From Elusimicrobia bacterium GWA2_62_23 (GTDB lineage: Bacteria; Elusimicrobiota; Elusimicrobia; Elusimicrobiales; UBA9959), in contig MGTV01000013.1 in NCBI GenBank assembly GCA_001799635.1, positions 21,467 through 85,466 of the forward strand: a DNA stretch of 64,000 nt. Reading direction: 5' to 3'. The notes beneath the pieces were generated by a model. The model saw only the letters and a list, made by a program, of their open reading frames with translations, was not told where the DNA came from and did not search any database. The position numbers and the translations under genes are program-made. Shown here piece after piece: positions 33,731 to 41,365 of this stretch (position 1 is its first letter; each line of letters opens with the position of its first letter).

Positions 33731-34812
33731 TATAAACTGAAGGCCGTGCCGGCCTCAGCCTCCTTTTTAACGTGCTGGAAATAGACCGCGAGCGGGCGGA
33801 AGAAGATGTGGATCCACTTGGTGAACGGCACTATGAGGATTATCCACACCGTCTCTATGGCGATGTTCAGGCGGTAAACCTTGGCGAGCAGCGGGTCCCC
33901 CGGGCCGTAGGCCACGTTGAGGTAATGCGTGAAGAGCAGGCTCGCGCCTATCAGGAACATCGTCACCACGAACAGCCAGTCGCTCGGGTGCGAGAACTTG
34001 CTGGACTCGGCGCTCTTGAAGACGCGGCGCAGCGACATGACCCCGCCGCCGACGAGGATACCGAAGCCCGCGTACCAGACCAGCAGGCTCACCGGGTGGA
34101 AAGCGCCGTAATGCTTGTCCAGCGGCGCCAGCAGGTGCAGGTTGGAGATGAGCAGCGTCAGCACGTAGCCGCTCATGACCAGCAGGTGCGCCGCCCAGCG
34201 CACCAGGTCGGTCTCCTCGCAGCCGTTGAAGTTCTTCTGCGTGAAGCCGTGCACCAGCGTTTCGTAGATATGCGCGGGCTTGAGCGAGGCCTTTATGCCG
34301 CCCAGCGGTTTCACCACCGCGTGGCGGTACATATTCAGGACGTAGCCGCCCAGCGCTACGGTGACATAGACGGGGAAGGCCAGCTCTATTTTCCCGGCGA
34401 GGGCCCCGAAATCCCCGGTGTAGGAGGCGTAGAGCCAGTAGAAGAAAGCCAGCATACCGAGTGCCAGCCAGGTCTGCAGCCAGCCGGTCTTGTAGAAGAT
34501 CTTGGACAGGCCGGTGATATCGTATTTGGCGATGAGGTAGCGGCGCAGGGCCATCATGTACTCGCCGGGCTGGGCCTCGCGCGGGCAGGTGGCGGAGCAT
34601 TCGCCGCAGTAGTAGCAGTGCCAGGGCTCCAGGGCGGAACCTATCTTTTCCTCCATGCCCACGTGGCCGGCGCGGATGAGTTTGCGCGGGAAAGAGGCGT
34701 CTTCCTTGGACAGCGGGCAGACGGCTGTGCAGTTGCCGCAGTTAAAGCAGGCGGAGATGTCGAAGGCGCCGTATTTCTTGATCTCGTCTATGAGTTCGGG
34801 GTTCACCTTCAT
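33730..34812 (-). CDS. QmoC-like subunit: N-terminal 2x[4Fe-4S] domain fused to a polytopic (HdrE/NarI-like) membrane domain
   Basis: CFNCGNCTAVCP and CYYCGECSATCP, followed by about 6 TM helices. Confidence 0.7.
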   Translation of the reverse strand: MKVNPELIDEIKKYGAFDISACFNCGNCTAVCPLSKEDASFPRKLIRAGHVGMEEKIGSALEPWHCYYCGECSATCPREAQPGEYMMALRRYLIAKYDITGLSKIFYKTGWLQTWLALGMLAFFYWLYASYTGDFGALAGKIELAFPVYVTVALGGYVLNMYRHAVVKPLGGIKASLKPAHIYETLVHGFTQKNFNGCEETDLVRWAAHLLVMSGYVLTLLISNLHLLAPLDKHYGAFHPVSLLVWYAGFGILVGGGVMSLRRVFKSAESSKFSHPSDWLFVVTMFLIGASLLFTHYLNVAYGPGDPLLAKVYRLNIAIETVWIILIVPFTKWIHIFFRPLAVYFQHVKKEAEAGTAFSL

Positions 34813-35102
34813 TTCGCGTCCCCTCCCTTCAGTTCGTATTTGGGGTAATCGCCCTTACCTGGCACGTCGGCCAGCTTGCCATACTTGCGCAGGGCGGCCA
34901 CGTACCAGATGGCCTTCTCGTGCGTGAGGCCGGCCGCGGCGGCCAGTTCGGGCGCGGTCTTGGGGCCGCTGCCGAGCGCTTCCAGAATGGCTTTCTGCGC
35001 CTTGTTCTGCGCGGCCACCTGGTCGCGCAGGGCCTGCGGCACCGGGCCGCGGAGTTCATTGAGCTTTTTGAGCTGTTCGGCTAGTTTCTTAGCGTCGGCC
35101 AT
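34809..35102 (-). CDS. Small helical protein, possible winged-helix fold, embedded in the Qmo-like operon
   Basis: 97 aa. Both ends are tightly coupled (35104/35102 and 34812/34809). AILEALGSGPKTAPELAAAAGLTHEKAIWYVAALRKYGKL looks HTH-like. Confidence 0.5.
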   Translation of the reverse strand: MADAKKLAEQLKKLNELRGPVPQALRDQVAAQNKAQKAILEALGSGPKTAPELAAAAGLTHEKAIWYVAALRKYGKLADVPGKGDYPKYELKGGDAK

Positions 35103-35103
35103 A

Positions 35104-36897
35104 TTATTCCTTTGCGATGGCTTCCACCATGGCGTCGAACTGGTCCAGCGTCCAGCCGGCCACGTTTATGGCGCGGACCGGGCAGACCGCCACGCAGGCG
35201 CCGCAGCCTTTGCAGAGCGCCGGGTTCACCACGGCCAGTTTCTTGCCGTTCTTCTCGGTCATCATGAGCGCCCCGTCGTAGGAACACTCGGGCGGGCACA
35301 GGCCGCAGCCGGTGCACTTGTGTTCGTCCACCACGGCCACGAAAGGTTCCAACGGGATGTCCGGCTCGGCCAGCAGGATGGCGGCCTTGGCCGCGGCGGT
35401 GCCGGCGGAAGCCATAGCCTCGGTGACGTCCATGGGGTACTGGGCGGCCCCGGCCACGAAGACGCCGGAGTTGGCCAGTTCCACAGGGCGCAGCTTGGGA
35501 TGCACTTCCTGCAGGAAGCGGTCGGCGCTGGCGGGCAGCTTCATCTGCGACCTGATAAGCGAGATGTCGGCTGGCATCATGCCGGTGACCAGCACCACCA
35601 GGTCCGCCTTGAACTCCAACTCCTCGCCCCAGGTCAGCACGTCCTTCACCTTCACGGTGTGCCCGGTGCGGTCGGAAACGACCACAGGCTGGTCGGTTTC
35701 GTTATGGCGCATGAACAGCACGCCGTCCTTGGAGGCCTTGTCGTAATAGTCTTCATGCTGCATGCCGTAGGTACGGATATCGCGGTACACGTCGTAAACG
35801 CGCACGCCGGGATATTTCTCCTTCAGCTGGTTGGCGGCGTAAAGCGCCGAGGTGCAGCACACGCGCGAGCAGTAATCGTTGATCTTGCCGTCGGCCTGGG
35901 GTTTGTGCACGCCTTCCACCTGGCGCGAGCCCACGCAGTGAATGAGGGCCAGGCTCTTTATCTCCCGGCCGCCGTATTCCAGCCGGCCGGCCGGCAGTTT
36001 CTTCATGAGCGAGATGAATTCCGGCAGCGTGAGCACGTTGCCGTCTTCGCCGTAGCCGAACTCGCCCTTCGCGGGCTTATAATGCTCGTAGCCGGTGGCC
36101 ATTACCAGGGCGCCGGCTTTCACCTGCTGCGAACTGCCGTCTGGCTTCTTGAAATTCACCTTGAAGTTTCCCACGAAACCGCTGACGAAGTCTATTTCGG
36201 CGCCGGTGTGAACCGTTATTTTGGGTTCGGCCAGCACCAGGTCTTCCAGCTTTTTGGCCACGGCCGGTCCTTCCTCGCCGGAAGGGTACATTTTGCCGAG
36301 CTCCAGCAGCCGGCCGCCCAGGCGCGGGGCCTTCTCTATGATGACGGCTTCAAGGCCCTTGCCCGCGGCGGAAAGCGCCGCGCGCATGCCCGCTACGCCG
36401 CCGCCTATCACGGCCACCCTCTGTTCGGCCGCCACGCGGATAGCGTTGAGCGCGTCCTTGCGCAGCACCTTCTCCACGCCGGCCTGCGCCAGCTTTATGG
36501 CCTTGGCGGTGGCGCCGTCGTGGTCGGCCTTATGCACCCAGCTGGCCTGTTCGCGGATATTTATATGTTCGTGCAGGTAGGGGTTAACTCCGGCGCGCTG
36601 CAGCACGCCGCGAAAAGTGAGCTCGTGCAAGCTGGGCGAGCAGGCCGCCACCACCGTGCGGTTGATGCCGAGCTCTTTGATGTCCTTGGTTATGAGGTCC
36701 TGGCCGTTGGAGGAGCACATGAAGGCGTACTCGCGGGCCACCGCCACTCCGGGATACTTGGCCAGCGCCGCGGCCACGGCTTTAACGTCGATGATATCGG
36801 AGATGTTGCCGCCGCAATGGCACACGTAAACGCCGACCTTCGGCTCCTGCCGGTAATTGTCTTTAGACGCGGCTTCCGTTATTTTCTCGTCCATCAC
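35104..36897 (-). CDS. HdrA-like FAD/Fe-S oxidoreductase (QmoB-like, without a fused MvhD domain)
   Basis: VGVYVCHCGGNIS N-terminal cluster motif, VAVIGGGVAGMRAAL FAD site, CSRVCC, and C-terminal CTGCGLCPPEC plus CKGCGACVAVCP. Confidence 0.8.
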   Translation of the reverse strand: MMDEKITEAASKDNYRQEPKVGVYVCHCGGNISDIIDVKAVAAALAKYPGVAVAREYAFMCSSNGQDLITKDIKELGINRTVVAACSPSLHELTFRGVLQRAGVNPYLHEHINIREQASWVHKADHDGATAKAIKLAQAGVEKVLRKDALNAIRVAAEQRVAVIGGGVAGMRAALSAAGKGLEAVIIEKAPRLGGRLLELGKMYPSGEEGPAVAKKLEDLVLAEPKITVHTGAEIDFVSGFVGNFKVNFKKPDGSSQQVKAGALVMATGYEHYKPAKGEFGYGEDGNVLTLPEFISLMKKLPAGRLEYGGREIKSLALIHCVGSRQVEGVHKPQADGKINDYCSRVCCTSALYAANQLKEKYPGVRVYDVYRDIRTYGMQHEDYYDKASKDGVLFMRHNETDQPVVVSDRTGHTVKVKDVLTWGEELEFKADLVVLVTGMMPADISLIRSQMKLPASADRFLQEVHPKLRPVELANSGVFVAGAAQYPMDVTEAMASAGTAAAKAAILLAEPDIPLEPFVAVVDEHKCTGCGLCPPECSYDGALMMTEKNGKKLAVVNPALCKGCGACVAVCPVRAINVAGWTLDQFDAMVEAIAKE

Positions 36898-38183
36898 AGT
36901 TTCCTCATGTAGTTGGCTGCTTCCATGGCGGCCGAGCCAGCGTCCACCACCGAATCGGGGATGTCGCGCGGCCCCTTCACCACGCCGGCAGCGAAGACTC
37001 CGGCCCCCGCGGTTACGGCGGAGGAGACCATTTCATCTGAGAGCTTAACGAAGCCGAAGTCGTTGTTCTGCGTGCCGAGCCCGAAAGATGAGGCGTCGTG
37101 GCCGGGGACCAGCCCCTGCGACAGGATTACTAGCTCGTGCTTAACTTCCTCGGGCCCGGAGGTCCCTTCCTGGCGCTCTATGCGCAGTATGGGGTTATGC
37201 TTTTCGTCCTCGGTGATCCGGGCCACCTTGGCCTTCACGAAGTTGATGCCCATGGCCCGGGCGTTGTTATAGAACTGCTCGTAGCCCTTGCCGAAGGCGC
37301 GGATATCCATGTAATAGATGGTGATGTCGGCTATGGGCAGCGAGCCGGAGAGCAAAATGGCCTGCTTGATGGCGTACATGCAGCAGACGCGCGAGCAATA
37401 AGGAATGCCGATGCTCTTGTCGCGCGAACCGGCGCACTGCACGTAGGCGATAGAGCCGGGCACCATGCCGTCGGACGGGCGCAGCACGCGGCCGTAGGGG
37501 CCGTGAGGCGCCAGCAGGCGCTCGGCGGCCATCGGGGAAATAACGTTAGGCAGCTTGCCCAGGCCGTACTGCTTCTTGGCGGTCATGGGCGTGGTCTCGT
37601 AGCCGGTGGCGAGTATCACGGCCTTGGCCTTGATCTCCACGGGGGCCGGCTCCTGCAGGAACTCAATGCAGTCCTTGGGGCAGGCGCGCGCGCAGGCGCC
37701 GCAGCGGATGCAGTGTTCGGGATGCATCACGGGCAGCTGCGGGATGGCGTTGGTGAAGGGTATGGAGATGGTCTTCTTGGCGCCCATGCCAACCTCGTAC
37801 TCGTCGGGCAGCAGCACCGGACAGACTTCTTCGCAGCGTTTACAGGAGATACATTCTTTTTCGTCTATATAGCGCGGCTTGCGGGTGACGGCGGCGGTAA
37901 AGGTCTTGCCTTCGCGCTTGATGGCGTCCACGGTGCTGTAGGTGAGGGTGGTGATGCGCGGGTGGTGCGAAACGCTGGCCATGCGCGGGGTGGTGATGCA
38001 GCTGGCGCAGTCCAGCGTGGGGAACACCTTGCTGAGGCTGATCATCTTGCCGCCGATGCTCGGGGCCTTCTCCACAATGGCCACGGAATAGCCCTGGTCG
38101 GCCAGGTCCAGGGCGCTCTGCAGCCCCGCTATGCCCGAGCCCACCACAAGAGTATCGACTTCTATCTTTTCAATGGCGTTCAT
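36894..38183 (-). CDS. HdrA-like FAD oxidoreductase with an inserted ferredoxin domain (QmoA-like)
   Basis: TLVVGSGIAGLQSAL, CASC, CISCKRCEEVCP, CIRCGACARACP and YCSRVCCMY. Confidence 0.8.
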   Translation of the reverse strand: MNAIEKIEVDTLVVGSGIAGLQSALDLADQGYSVAIVEKAPSIGGKMISLSKVFPTLDCASCITTPRMASVSHHPRITTLTYSTVDAIKREGKTFTAAVTRKPRYIDEKECISCKRCEEVCPVLLPDEYEVGMGAKKTISIPFTNAIPQLPVMHPEHCIRCGACARACPKDCIEFLQEPAPVEIKAKAVILATGYETTPMTAKKQYGLGKLPNVISPMAAERLLAPHGPYGRVLRPSDGMVPGSIAYVQCAGSRDKSIGIPYCSRVCCMYAIKQAILLSGSLPIADITIYYMDIRAFGKGYEQFYNNARAMGINFVKAKVARITEDEKHNPILRIERQEGTSGPEEVKHELVILSQGLVPGHDASSFGLGTQNNDFGFVKLSDEMVSSAVTAGAGVFAAGVVKGPRDIPDSVVDAGSAAMEAANYMRKL

Positions 38184-38566
38184 ACAGCAGCCACCGCCTT
38201 TTCCATTTCGGAGATCTCTTTGAGGAAAGCCGCCCGGCAGACGGTGCAGATGGTGGTGAGCTTGAGGCGGTTTGCCGCTATGCCCTTGGCCCGCATCTGC
38301 TCGTAAACCCTGGCTATGCGCTTGGAAAGCCGCTCGTAGGCGCCTTCATAGGGACAGTCGGAGCCGGAGGACATGATGATGATGCCGGCTATGCCTTTGT
38401 CGAAGGCCCGCATGTAGAAGTCCTCCGGGAACATGACGGGGTCCGGTACACGTATTACGTAGGTGTTGGCGGAGTACCCCAGCCTGGCCTGCCCCACGGC
38501 GTCGGCCCCGGGGTAGGAACTGTGGTTAGTGGTTATAATCAATATTTTTTTCTGAGTCATGCGCAA
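38180..38566 (-). CDS. MvhD/FlpD-like domain protein with most canonical Cys ligands replaced
   Basis: KILIITTNHSSYPGADAVGQARLGYSANTYVIRVP...GIAGIIIMSSGSDCPYEGAYERLSKR aligns by eye to the remembered FlpD pattern (CNWCSY...GCHxGDCHY..GN), but with T/S/S in place of Cys. Confidence 0.6.
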   Translation of the reverse strand: MRMTQKKILIITTNHSSYPGADAVGQARLGYSANTYVIRVPDPVMFPEDFYMRAFDKGIAGIIIMSSGSDCPYEGAYERLSKRIARVYEQMRAKGIAANRLKLTTICTVCRAAFLKEISEMEKAVAAV

Positions 38567-38591
38567 TTCAAAGAAACCCTTTGAACACTCC

Positions 38592-38730
38592 GGAGGGAGG
38601 GCAAGGGCATGGGTTCCGAGGGCCGTCGCGCAGGCCGAGGCTTACGCAAGCGACGAGGCCGAGCGACGAGGCGCGGGCACGGTGTGTCCCGACGCCGTGC
38701 CCGAGGGGCCCATGCCCTTACCCTCCCGAC
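38592..38730 (-). other. Long imperfect hairpin in the 195-nt tusA/mvhD-like spacer
   Basis: 38595-38613 (gggagggcaagggcatggg) pairs with 38709-38727 (cccatgcccttaccctccc): 18 of 19 bp. An inner hairpin forms between gggcacgg (38675-38682) and ccgtgccc (38695-38702). Confidence 0.6.
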
Positions 38731-38761
38731 TTCACATCCAGCGACGGCGGCTTTTTACAAA

Positions 38762-39007
38762 TTACTTCTTGCGGGTGACGAAGAGGCTGTCGTAGCCGTC
38801 CCTTTCGAGGACGCCCAGGTATTCGTGGCCGGACTTGGCGCACCAGGCCGGGATGTCCTCGCGGCTGCCCTTGTCGCCCGACTGGATCTCCAGGATGCCG
38901 CCCACCGGCACGCCGGCTATGCCTTTTTTGGCTTCCAGAAGCGGGCCGGGGCAGGCCATAGAGCGCGCGTCCACCGTTTTGGCTGCTTTCACTTGGCTAA
39001 GGTCCAT
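38762..39007 (-). CDS. tusA: TusA/SirA-family sulfurtransferase
   Basis: ATG at 39007 follows aggaggat. 81 aa. VDARSMACPGPLLEAKK carries the CPxP active-site motif. Confidence 0.85.
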   Translation of the reverse strand: MDLSQVKAAKTVDARSMACPGPLLEAKKGIAGVPVGGILEIQSGDKGSREDIPAWCAKSGHEYLGVLERDGYDSLFVTRKK

Positions 39008-39024
39008 AGTATCCTCCTGCTGAA

Positions 39025-39327
39025 TTAAAGGTCGAAATTGGGGCAATAAAGCTTCTTGATCCTGGAGATCAGGTCCTCCAGGCGGGGGTCTTTGATGCTG
39101 TAGAAGATGCGGTTGCCGTCGCGACGCTTTTGAATAAGCCCGCGGTCGGCAAGGACGCGCAGATGCTGCGAGATGTTCCCCTTGCTCGTACCCAGCTTCT
39201 CTATAAGCTCGTGCACGAACATTTCCCTCTTCAACAGCATACAAATTATCATAAGGCGGGAGGGATGCGCAATACAGGAAAGCATGCCTGCTATCCCGTC
39301 CGCCTTGGCGAGCATGGTCTTGTTCAT
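39025..39327 (-). CDS. ArsR/SmtB-family transcriptional regulator
   Basis: ATG at 39327. 100 aa. CIAHPSRLMIICML and ELIEKLGTSKGNISQHLRVLADRGLI form the HTH. Confidence 0.85.
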   Translation of the reverse strand: MNKTMLAKADGIAGMLSCIAHPSRLMIICMLLKREMFVHELIEKLGTSKGNISQHLRVLADRGLIQKRRDGNRIFYSIKDPRLEDLISRIKKLYCPNFDL

Positions 39328-39336
39328 GTTGTATAG

Positions 39337-39358
39337 TAGTTTAGGATATACTAAACTA
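39337..39358. promoter_or_regulatory. 8-6-8 palindrome TAGTTTAG-GATATA-CTAAACTA, candidate ArsR operator
   Basis: Perfect arms, 10 nt upstream of the arsR-like ATG, in an AT-rich promoter-like stretch. Confidence 0.45.
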
Positions 39359-39386
39359 GTTGTCAAGGGCCTCCAGGCCCAGGGGA

Positions 39387-39415
39387 ATAAAAAACCGCCG
39401 CGGCTGGCGGCGGTT
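39387..39415 (-). terminator. Intrinsic terminator insulating the ArsR operon from the upstream gene
   Basis: Minus strand: aaccgccgc-cagcc-gcggcggtt followed by ttttttatt. Confidence 0.75.
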
Positions 39416-39434
39416 CTTTCCCGGGTGTGTTTTC

Positions 39435-40211
39435 CTATTTCTTTATCATGCTCTTCAGGTCGTCCAGGAAGCGCCTGGCGTTCAGCAGGGCCCGGGCGAA
39501 CGGGGACATCTTGAACTCGCGCACGTCCTGCAGGGTGCGCGGCGAGGAATCCTGCCGGGAGCAGAGCCTGAGCTGGTAGGCCACTATGTCGCCCAGGAAA
39601 TTGCCCTTGAACTCCTTCATGCCCTTTAGGGCCTCGAAGTGGACCGCGGCCGGACCGAACCGGCCCAGGCGGCGCAGCAGCTCCCCCTTCATCAGGTTGG
39701 CGTTCTCCCACTCTTCGTCGTGCTCCTTGGCCAGCCTTATAGCGTCGCTGAAATAGCGCAGGGCCAGCTCCTGGTCTTCGGCGAGCAGCTCGGGGTAGAG
39801 TTCCTCCTGCCAGGAGGCCTTGAGGAAATTGTTGGCTATGGCGAAAGGCGGCTTCTCCAGCCGCTCGTAGATGAGGCCGGCGCGGTAATAGGTGCTGCGA
39901 ACCAGGATCTTCTTATAGTCGGCCGAGTTCACCATGGCCCGGCTGCGGGCCAGTTCCTGCTTGCTCAGGCCAGCCTTGAAAATGATGAAGCCGCACTTGG
40001 GACATTCCGGCAGGCGCCAGGGGCCCGCCTCTATGCCCACCGGCCTGAGGTCCAGGCGCATCTCGTACTGCGATTCGGCCAGGTCCAGCTTGGTATAGAA
40101 CTCCGTGCCGCAGACCGGGCAGGCTATCTCACGCTCTATCACGGCCTGCGCGGCGGCGGGGCCGGCGGCGGCGAAGAAAAGCAGGAGCGGGAGCAGGAGT
40201 TTTTTCATCAT
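39435..40211 (-). CDS. Secreted zinc-ribbon/TPR-like protein (DUF2225-like)
   Basis: Signal peptide MMKKLLLPLLLFFAAAGPAAAQA, with CPVCG...CPKCG. The family call is weak. Confidence 0.45.
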   Translation of the reverse strand: MMKKLLLPLLLFFAAAGPAAAQAVIEREIACPVCGTEFYTKLDLAESQYEMRLDLRPVGIEAGPWRLPECPKCGFIIFKAGLSKQELARSRAMVNSADYKKILVRSTYYRAGLIYERLEKPPFAIANNFLKASWQEELYPELLAEDQELALRYFSDAIRLAKEHDEEWENANLMKGELLRRLGRFGPAAVHFEALKGMKEFKGNFLGDIVAYQLRLCSRQDSSPRTLQDVREFKMSPFARALLNARRFLDDLKSMIKK

Positions 40212-40237
40212 CGATGTCTCACGGGCAGCAGGACCGG

Positions 40238-40897
40238 TTATTCCGCTTTGGCGGGGCCGGCTATTTTCTCTTCCAGGACCTTCACCGCGGCTTCGAGGGC
40301 GGCCACGCGGGCCTCAAGGGCGGCCGTTCTGTCGGGTCCGGCCTGGGCGGGCTGGACCGCCGGCGCGGCCGCCTGGGGCCCGGCCTCGGCGGCGGGGCCG
40401 GCGCCGAAAAAAAGATGGCGATAGCGGCTTTCCTTCTGGCCGGGCTGGCGCGGCAGGCGCGCCGCCATGGGTTCGGCCGCGGCGCAGAGGCCCTGCATTA
40501 TCCCTTCCACCTCGGCGGTGCTTTCGAAAGAGCAGAGGCGGTCGGTGCGGTTCTTTATCTCGCCGGGGGTCTGCGGGCCGCGCAGCAGCAGCACCGTCAT
40601 GATCCCTATGACCTTGGCGTCGTCGGAACCCAGCAGTTTGCCTATGTCGTGGCGGAACTTGGGCACCCGCTCGCCGGGCGCCTGCTGGCGCTCCACCAGG
40701 CCTTTCTCTATGAGGCCCTGCACGGCGCGGCCGAGCGAGTCCTGGTCCAGGGTCATTATGGGGTCGCGGCTGCTTTTCTGGTTGCAGGCGGCCAGGAGGT
40801 AATTGAAAGTAAGCGGGTACTGTTCGCGCGTGGTCAGGGACTTTTCAACCAGCGAGCCCAGCGCCCTGGCTTCGTCCAAAGTAAGGTCCGTAAGCAT
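40238..40897 (-). CDS. yceH: YceH (DUF480/UPF0502) family protein
   Basis: LTLDEARALGSLVEKSLTTREQYPLTFNYLLAACNQKSSRDPIM, LLLRGPQTPGEIKNRTDRL and QPGQKESRYRHLF closely parallel E. coli YceH as I remember it. Confidence 0.85.
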   Translation of the reverse strand: MLTDLTLDEARALGSLVEKSLTTREQYPLTFNYLLAACNQKSSRDPIMTLDQDSLGRAVQGLIEKGLVERQQAPGERVPKFRHDIGKLLGSDDAKVIGIMTVLLLRGPQTPGEIKNRTDRLCSFESTAEVEGIMQGLCAAAEPMAARLPRQPGQKESRYRHLFFGAGPAAEAGPQAAAPAVQPAQAGPDRTAALEARVAALEAAVKVLEEKIAGPAKAE

Positions 40898-40952
40898 GAA
40901 GATATTTTACTTAAATTCAGGCGCGTTAACAGGCGGGCCTTTAGCTCGGAAT

Positions 40953-40979
40953 AAAAACCGCCGGCGCGAACCGGCGGTT
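40953..40979 (-). terminator. Intrinsic terminator after the FKBP gene
   Basis: Minus strand: aaccgccgg-ttcgcg-ccggcggtt followed by tttta. Confidence 0.7.
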
Positions 40980-40999
40980 CTCATTTGCGGCCTTCGCCC

Positions 41000-41347
41000 T
41001 TAGTCCACGCCCAGCAGTTCCACTTCGAAGAACAGCGTGGCGCCCGGCGGGATCACCGAGCCGGCGCCGCGCGTGCCGTAGCCCAGCTCCGGCGGGATGA
41101 TGAGCCGGCGCTTGCCGCCTATGCGCATGCCGGCCACGCCCTCGTCCCAGCCCTTTATCACCTGGCCCACGCCCAGCTCGAACGTGAACGGCTCGTCGCG
41201 GTCCACCGAGCTGTCGAATTTCTTATTGCCGCGCAGGGTGCCGGTGTAATGCACCGTCACCTGCTTGCCGGCCACGGCGGCCGCGCCCTGGCCCACTTCC
41301 ACGTCTATATACTGCAAACCCGATCTGGTAGTTATTGGTTCAGACAT
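41000..41347 (-). CDS. FKBP-type peptidyl-prolyl cis-trans isomerase
   Basis: [46 protein letters not shown] pattern. 115 aa. Confidence 0.9.
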   Translation of the reverse strand: MSEPITTRSGLQYIDVEVGQGAAAVAGKQVTVHYTGTLRGNKKFDSSVDRDEPFTFELGVGQVIKGWDEGVAGMRIGGKRRLIIPPELGYGTRGAGSVIPPGATLFFEVELLGVD

Positions 41348-41365
41348 AGTTCCTCCGGTAGTTTT

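Noticed and set aside
34876-38306. 678-aa (34876..36912) and 389-aa (37137..38306) plus-strand ORFs
   Set aside because: Antisense to the two HdrA-like genes, whose FAD and Fe-S motifs are unambiguous.
38762-39711. Long N-terminal extensions of the track ORFs 38762..39244 and 39025..39711
   Set aside because: The extensions are Arg/Pro/Gly-rich and read through neighbouring genes. Internal ATGs with RBS give canonical TusA (81 aa) and ArsR (100 aa) proteins.
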